A stretch of 64,000 nt of DNA from Acutalibacteraceae bacterium (GTDB lineage: Bacteria > Bacillota > Clostridia > Oscillospirales > Acutalibacteraceae): the NCBI GenBank assembly GCA_045598065.1, contig JAZLLJ010000030.1:7832-71831 (forward strand), written 5' to 3'. A model generated the notes under the pieces. The model was not told where the DNA came from, did no database searches, and was given only the letters and a program-made list of their open reading frames with translations. Positions 60,834-64,000 of this stretch are shown here, piece after piece (the stretch's first letter is position 1; the number at the start of each line of letters is the position of its first letter). Both the position numbers and the translations under genes were made by a program.

Positions 60834-61094
60834 AAACAACACCCGCTCCTTTCGGGAAAGGTTACAACCCATCCAAATTTTTTGCGCAGCTTTTGGGACC
60901 ACAGTATCATATATACGCGCACATGATAGCCCAATTTCCCTTATTTTCGCATATTATATAAGAAAAGTCAACCCCTCTTTACAAGAAATAGTATAAATTT
61001 CTTCCATAATTCACCGTTTTTCGACCGACACCGGGGTTTTCGGAATATTTTTTCTCCTCTTTGCATAGCGTAAGACCAAAAAGGAGGCTTTTTT

Positions 61095-61388
61095 ATGCAA
61101 ACAAAACCCCTATCCCCACCCGAACTTGCCGAAACACAGCAAATCGTCACCCTTACCGATCGTCGCCGCCTTTCCGTCTCCGGTATCACCGAAGTCATCC
61201 GCTTTGATGACACCACCGCCGCCTTTGATACCGTGCAAGGACGGCTGACCGTTCGAGGCGAAAATCTGCGCGTAGAAAGGCTGGACGTGGACGCCGGAAA
61301 TTTGATACTAAAAGGCACGATAAGCGCCCTTGGGTATACCGGAAACAATGCGGAAAAATCCGGCGTTTTCGGAAAAATATTTCGCTGA
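61095..61388 (+). CDS. yabP: sporulation protein YabP
   Basis: 97 aa. The pattern (L.V.GI..V..FD......DT..G.L.V.G..L.....D) and its position ahead of yabQ-divIC match YabP. Confidence 0.8.
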   Translation: MQTKPLSPPELAETQQIVTLTDRRRLSVSGITEVIRFDDTTAAFDTVQGRLTVRGENLRVERLDVDAGNLILKGTISALGYTGNNAEKSGVFGKIFR

Positions 61389-61403
61389 GGAAGCCGCGGC
61401 TAT

Positions 61404-61784
61404 ATGGAACTTATCAACAACGAAAAAGCGCTGTATACCTTGTTTTTGTGCATAGGATACGGCGTGGTATGCGGAGCGCTTTTTGCCGGCATTGCCCACC
61501 TGCTTCCACTGCGAAAGCACCAGAAAATTCGGCGAATGATACGGGACATATCTTTATCTTTTTGGTCAGCTCTCGGACTGTTTCTTTTGTCGCTTTCCCT
61601 CACCGACGGCCGTCCGCGTTTTTCTCTTTTTTTCGGAACAGCCATCGGTTGGTTTTCTTGGAAATTGATTTTTAAGCAACCGTTTTTCACGGCAATTCAT
61701 TGGCTCTGCCGTCCGATCGCGCTATGTTGTCATACAATCCGTTCGTTTTTTTATTCTCTGAGGGTAATCATTCAAAAAAAATAA
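61404..61784 (+). CDS. yabQ: spore cortex biosynthesis protein YabQ
   Basis: 126-aa membrane protein immediately after yabP, with YabQ-like helices. Confidence 0.7.
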   Translation: MELINNEKALYTLFLCIGYGVVCGALFAGIAHLLPLRKHQKIRRMIRDISLSFWSALGLFLLSLSLTDGRPRFSLFFGTAIGWFSWKLIFKQPFFTAIHWLCRPIALCCHTIRSFFYSLRVIIQKK

Positions 61785-61813
61785 AAAAACCTGAAATTTT
61801 TTTCAAAAACCTA

Positions 61814-61843
61814 TTGAAATCCCCGAGGGAATCAGTATATAAT
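61814..61843 (+). promoter_or_regulatory. sigma-A-type promoter upstream of the divIC-like gene
   Basis: TTGAAA (61814-61819), 18-nt spacer, TATAAT (61838-61843). Confidence 0.5.
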
Positions 61844-61892
61844 AGCAACAATTAAATATATTTTTCCCATTGGGAATTGAGGATGGTAGAAA

Positions 61893-62156
61893 ATGAAGAC
61901 AAAAGGAAGTCTCCTGCTTCGCCTTGCTTTGATTCTTTTCGCCGGATATATAATCGTTATGCTCGTCCAACTCCAAATGCAAATCAACTCAAAGCAGATG
62001 GAAATCGACAGCATACAGGCTCAAATTCGCGAACTTCAAGAAGGAAACGCCGTTTTGGAAGAGGAGCTTAAAAGCCCCGATAAAGCACAGGAAAAAGCGG
62101 CGCAAGACCAAGGCTACGTCGGACACGACGATGACATATACGAGGAATATAACTGA
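61893..62156 (+). CDS. divIC: septum formation initiator (DivIC/FtsB family)
   Basis: 87 aa. N-terminal TM helix followed by a coiled coil (QMQINSKQMEIDSIQAQIRELQEGNAVLEEEL). Synteny after yabQ. Confidence 0.8.
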   Translation: MKTKGSLLLRLALILFAGYIIVMLVQLQMQINSKQMEIDSIQAQIRELQEGNAVLEEELKSPDKAQEKAAQDQGYVGHDDDIYEEYN

Positions 62157-62182
62157 GTCAACAAGTAAAGGCAGGCGGCAGT

Positions 62183-62668
62183 ATGCAACTGGAAGTAGGT
62201 TCGATTTTAGAGGGTAAAGTCACCGGCATCGCCAAATTCGGCGCCTTTGTCGAAGTGGCGGACGGTGTTACCGGCATGGTCCATATCTCGGAGGTTTCGT
62301 CCTCTTTTGTCAACGATATTCACGACCATTTGACCGAAGGACAATCCGTTAAAGTAAAAGTGATGTCGGTGGAAGAAAACGGCAAAATTGCCCTTTCCAT
62401 CAAAAAAGCCGAGGCGCCGGACACCCAAAAACGCGCGCCCCGTCCCACTGCGCCCGGTTCCAAGCGCGAAACCGCCCAAAAGAAACGCGCGCCGCGCCCT
62501 GCTGCCGAGCCGGTCACTCGTCCCGGTGATGCGGAATGGGAGCCGCGCAAGAGCAATTCCGGCTCGTTTGAAGAAATGATGTCCCGCTTCAAGCAGGACA
62601 GCGATGAGAAACTCTCCGGTATGAAAAAAGCGGTGGACGATCGCCGCACCGGATATCACCGCAAATAA
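62183..62668 (+). CDS. yabR: S1 RNA-binding domain protein (YabR-like)
   Basis: GSILEGKVTGIAKFGAFVEV...GMVHISEVS S1 motif and a basic C-terminal tail. Synteny after divIC. Confidence 0.85.
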   Translation: MQLEVGSILEGKVTGIAKFGAFVEVADGVTGMVHISEVSSSFVNDIHDHLTEGQSVKVKVMSVEENGKIALSIKKAEAPDTQKRAPRPTAPGSKRETAQKKRAPRPAAEPVTRPGDAEWEPRKSNSGSFEEMMSRFKQDSDEKLSGMKKAVDDRRTGYHRK

Positions 62669-62678
62669 TGTCAAAAAT

Positions 62679-62706
62679 AGGCAGGTGAACCCTGCCTGTT
62701 TTTCCG
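62679..62706 (+). terminator. rho-independent terminator after yabR
   Basis: AGGCAGG-tgaacc-CCTGCCT followed by GTTTTTCC. Confidence 0.75.
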
Positions 62707-62736
62707 TTTTAGAACTGAAAAAGCGAGGATTTTACT

Positions 62737-63384
62737 ATGAAAAAAGGCGCTGCAACCTCCAAAAAAGAAGGTTCTGCATCCCCGAAAAAGGACGTTTCCC
62801 CTAAAAAAGATAATACAAAATCCGCCAAAAATAACACCTCTTCCGAGCCCCCGAAAAGTCCCTTTATCGCCAAGGTGTTTTCTGTGTTTTTTATGATTTT
62901 GGCGTGGACAGTCGAGGCTATCGGCGGCCTGTTTTATCCTCTGCTCCTCATTCTCGGTTCACTGCTCGTCCCCACCAACGAGGGCAATTATATTGTCCAC
63001 ACTCCCGGTCTTCCGTTGGTTTTGGTGGGACTTGGTTTTGCCGCCGTATTTATGTTAACCGGCCTCATCCTCTTTCACAAAAAGAAAACCAAATGGGCAT
63101 TTATTTTCATGATTACCGCTGCCGTGCTGTTCATCGCTTGTTTCATCGGCATTTCCAGCCTCTTTATCAACAAAAACAGCGCCATCAGTTTGGATTATCG
63201 CGGAGAATACAAATTAACGCAAGCAAAACTCATCTGGCGCCACGGTATTCCGGTACTGATTCCCGTTTTTGCGATGCTCTCTATGGTGGTTAAAAACGTT
63301 GCCAGCGAACGCAAACTGTTTAAAGAAGCCATAGACGAGATCAAAGAAGACGAAAAGAAAGGCAAGAAAGTCTCTTTGGATTAA
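62737..63384 (+). CDS. hypothetical membrane protein (215 aa) with a Lys/Ser-rich N-terminus
   Basis: Four to five hydrophobic helices. No family recognised. Confidence 0.6.
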   Translation: MKKGAATSKKEGSASPKKDVSPKKDNTKSAKNNTSSEPPKSPFIAKVFSVFFMILAWTVEAIGGLFYPLLLILGSLLVPTNEGNYIVHTPGLPLVLVGLGFAAVFMLTGLILFHKKKTKWAFIFMITAAVLFIACFIGISSLFINKNSAISLDYRGEYKLTQAKLIWRHGIPVLIPVFAMLSMVVKNVASERKLFKEAIDEIKEDEKKGKKVSLD

Positions 63385-63443
63385 GCCTTTTCGTCCCTAA
63401 CTGTGTTTATAAATTTTCAATATAAGAAAGAAGGATGTTCCAA

Positions 63444-64000
63444 ATGAAGCAAGACCTCATCGCCATTTTGGACGTTGGTTCGGAGGAGAACTCCCGCCTC
63501 GCCCGCGCTATCCGCGCCCTCGGTGTGTATAGCGAAATCTATCCCCACGACATCAAAAAAGAGGAACTGTTCGGTCAGCAAAACCTCCGCGGTATCATCG
63601 TAAACGGCGGCCCGAACAACGTGCTGAACGGCAAACCCGTGACTGTCAAAGACTTTGTCTATGACAGCGACGTGCCGGTGCTGGTCATCGACCACAAAAC
63701 CAAAAAACACCCGACCGACGTGAAAAAACTCCCGTCTTCGGATGCGAAACTCGCCGCGGTGCTCAAAGACTTCCTCTTTAAGACCTGCAAAGCCGAGAAA
63801 AACTGGAATATGGAAAACTTCATCGCCGACCAGGTGGAAGCCATCCGCGCCCAAGTGGGCAAGAAAAAGGTGCTTCTCGCCCTCTCCGGCGGTGTCGATT
63901 CCTCTGTTGTTGCCGCGTTGTTGCTCAAAGCCATCGGCAACCAACTTCACACCGTCCACGTCAACCACGGTCTGATGCGCAAAAACGAGAGCGAAAGCGT
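63444..64000 (+). CDS. guaA: GMP synthase, N-terminal part (runs off the right edge), with an apparently truncated glutaminase domain
   Basis: Manual translation gives MKQDLIAILDVGSEENSRLARAIRALGVYSEIYPHD...WNMENFIADQVEAIRAQVGKKKVLLALSGGVDSSVVAALLLKAIGNQLHTVHVNHGLMRKNESES. The PP-loop SGGVDSS and its context match GuaA. An in-frame stop at 63423 fixes the N-terminus. Confidence 0.8.
   Translation, partial: MKQDLIAILDVGSEENSRLARAIRALGVYSEIYPHDIKKEELFGQQNLRGIIVNGGPNNVLNGKPVTVKDFVYDSDVPVLVIDHKTKKHPTDVKKLPSSDAKLAAVLKDFLFKTCKAEKNWNMENFIADQVEAIRAQVGKKKVLLALSGGVDSSVVAALLLKAIGNQLHTVHVNHGLMRKNESES

Noticed and set aside
40562-60902. Integrative conjugative element or prophage
   Set aside because: No integrase, recombinase, relaxase, replication, capsid, terminase or portal-like sequences are recognisable. 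I noticed no flanking direct repeats. It is reported instead as a T4SS-like chromosomal operon, but an ICE remnant remains the main alternative and is stated as the refutation test.

Overview
This 64-kb window looks like chromosome from a moderately GC-rich, spore-forming Clostridia-type Firmicute. That assignment is inferred from gene content: an Rnf complex, type III glutamine synthetase, yabP-yabQ-divIC-yabR and tilS-hpt. Most of it is ordinary housekeeping. On the minus strand: hpt-tilS-dnaB-rplI-rnj, valS, rnfCDGEAB with apbE and associated genes, and two tRNA-Leu genes. On the plus strand: rnhA, nifS-nifU, apgM-pdxK, glnA type III, deoC-deoD-deoB-cdd, potABCD, an aldose epimerase, and yabP-yabQ-divIC-yabR followed by a membrane protein and partial guaA. 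There are no rRNA genes, CRISPR arrays, transposases or integrases. The stand-out is a roughly 20-kb run of 12 co-directional minus-strand genes at 40562-60902. It encodes type IV secretion-like parts: a VirB2-like pilin, a VirB3-VirB4 fusion ATPase, a VirB6-like polytopic protein and a VirD4-type coupling protein. It has no recognisable relaxase, integrase, replication or cell-wall hydrolase gene. It is headed by an ECF sigma factor and contains a STAS (anti-sigma antagonist) gene. It also encodes a 1652-aa secreted protein built from repeated beta-sandwich (PLAT/LH2-like) modules and several unrecognisable secreted or anchored proteins. Secondary oddities are listed below.
- Two AT-rich orphan gene patches at 8.1-9.0 kb and 12.8-16.1 kb, the second next to a tRNA-Leu gene.
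- An inverted-repeat-bounded structured element at 7.7-8.0 kb.
- A long structured potA leader.
- A cluster of REP-like hairpins.
- A guaA whose glutaminase domain appears vestigial.

All domain calls were made by eye from motifs; no database search was run.
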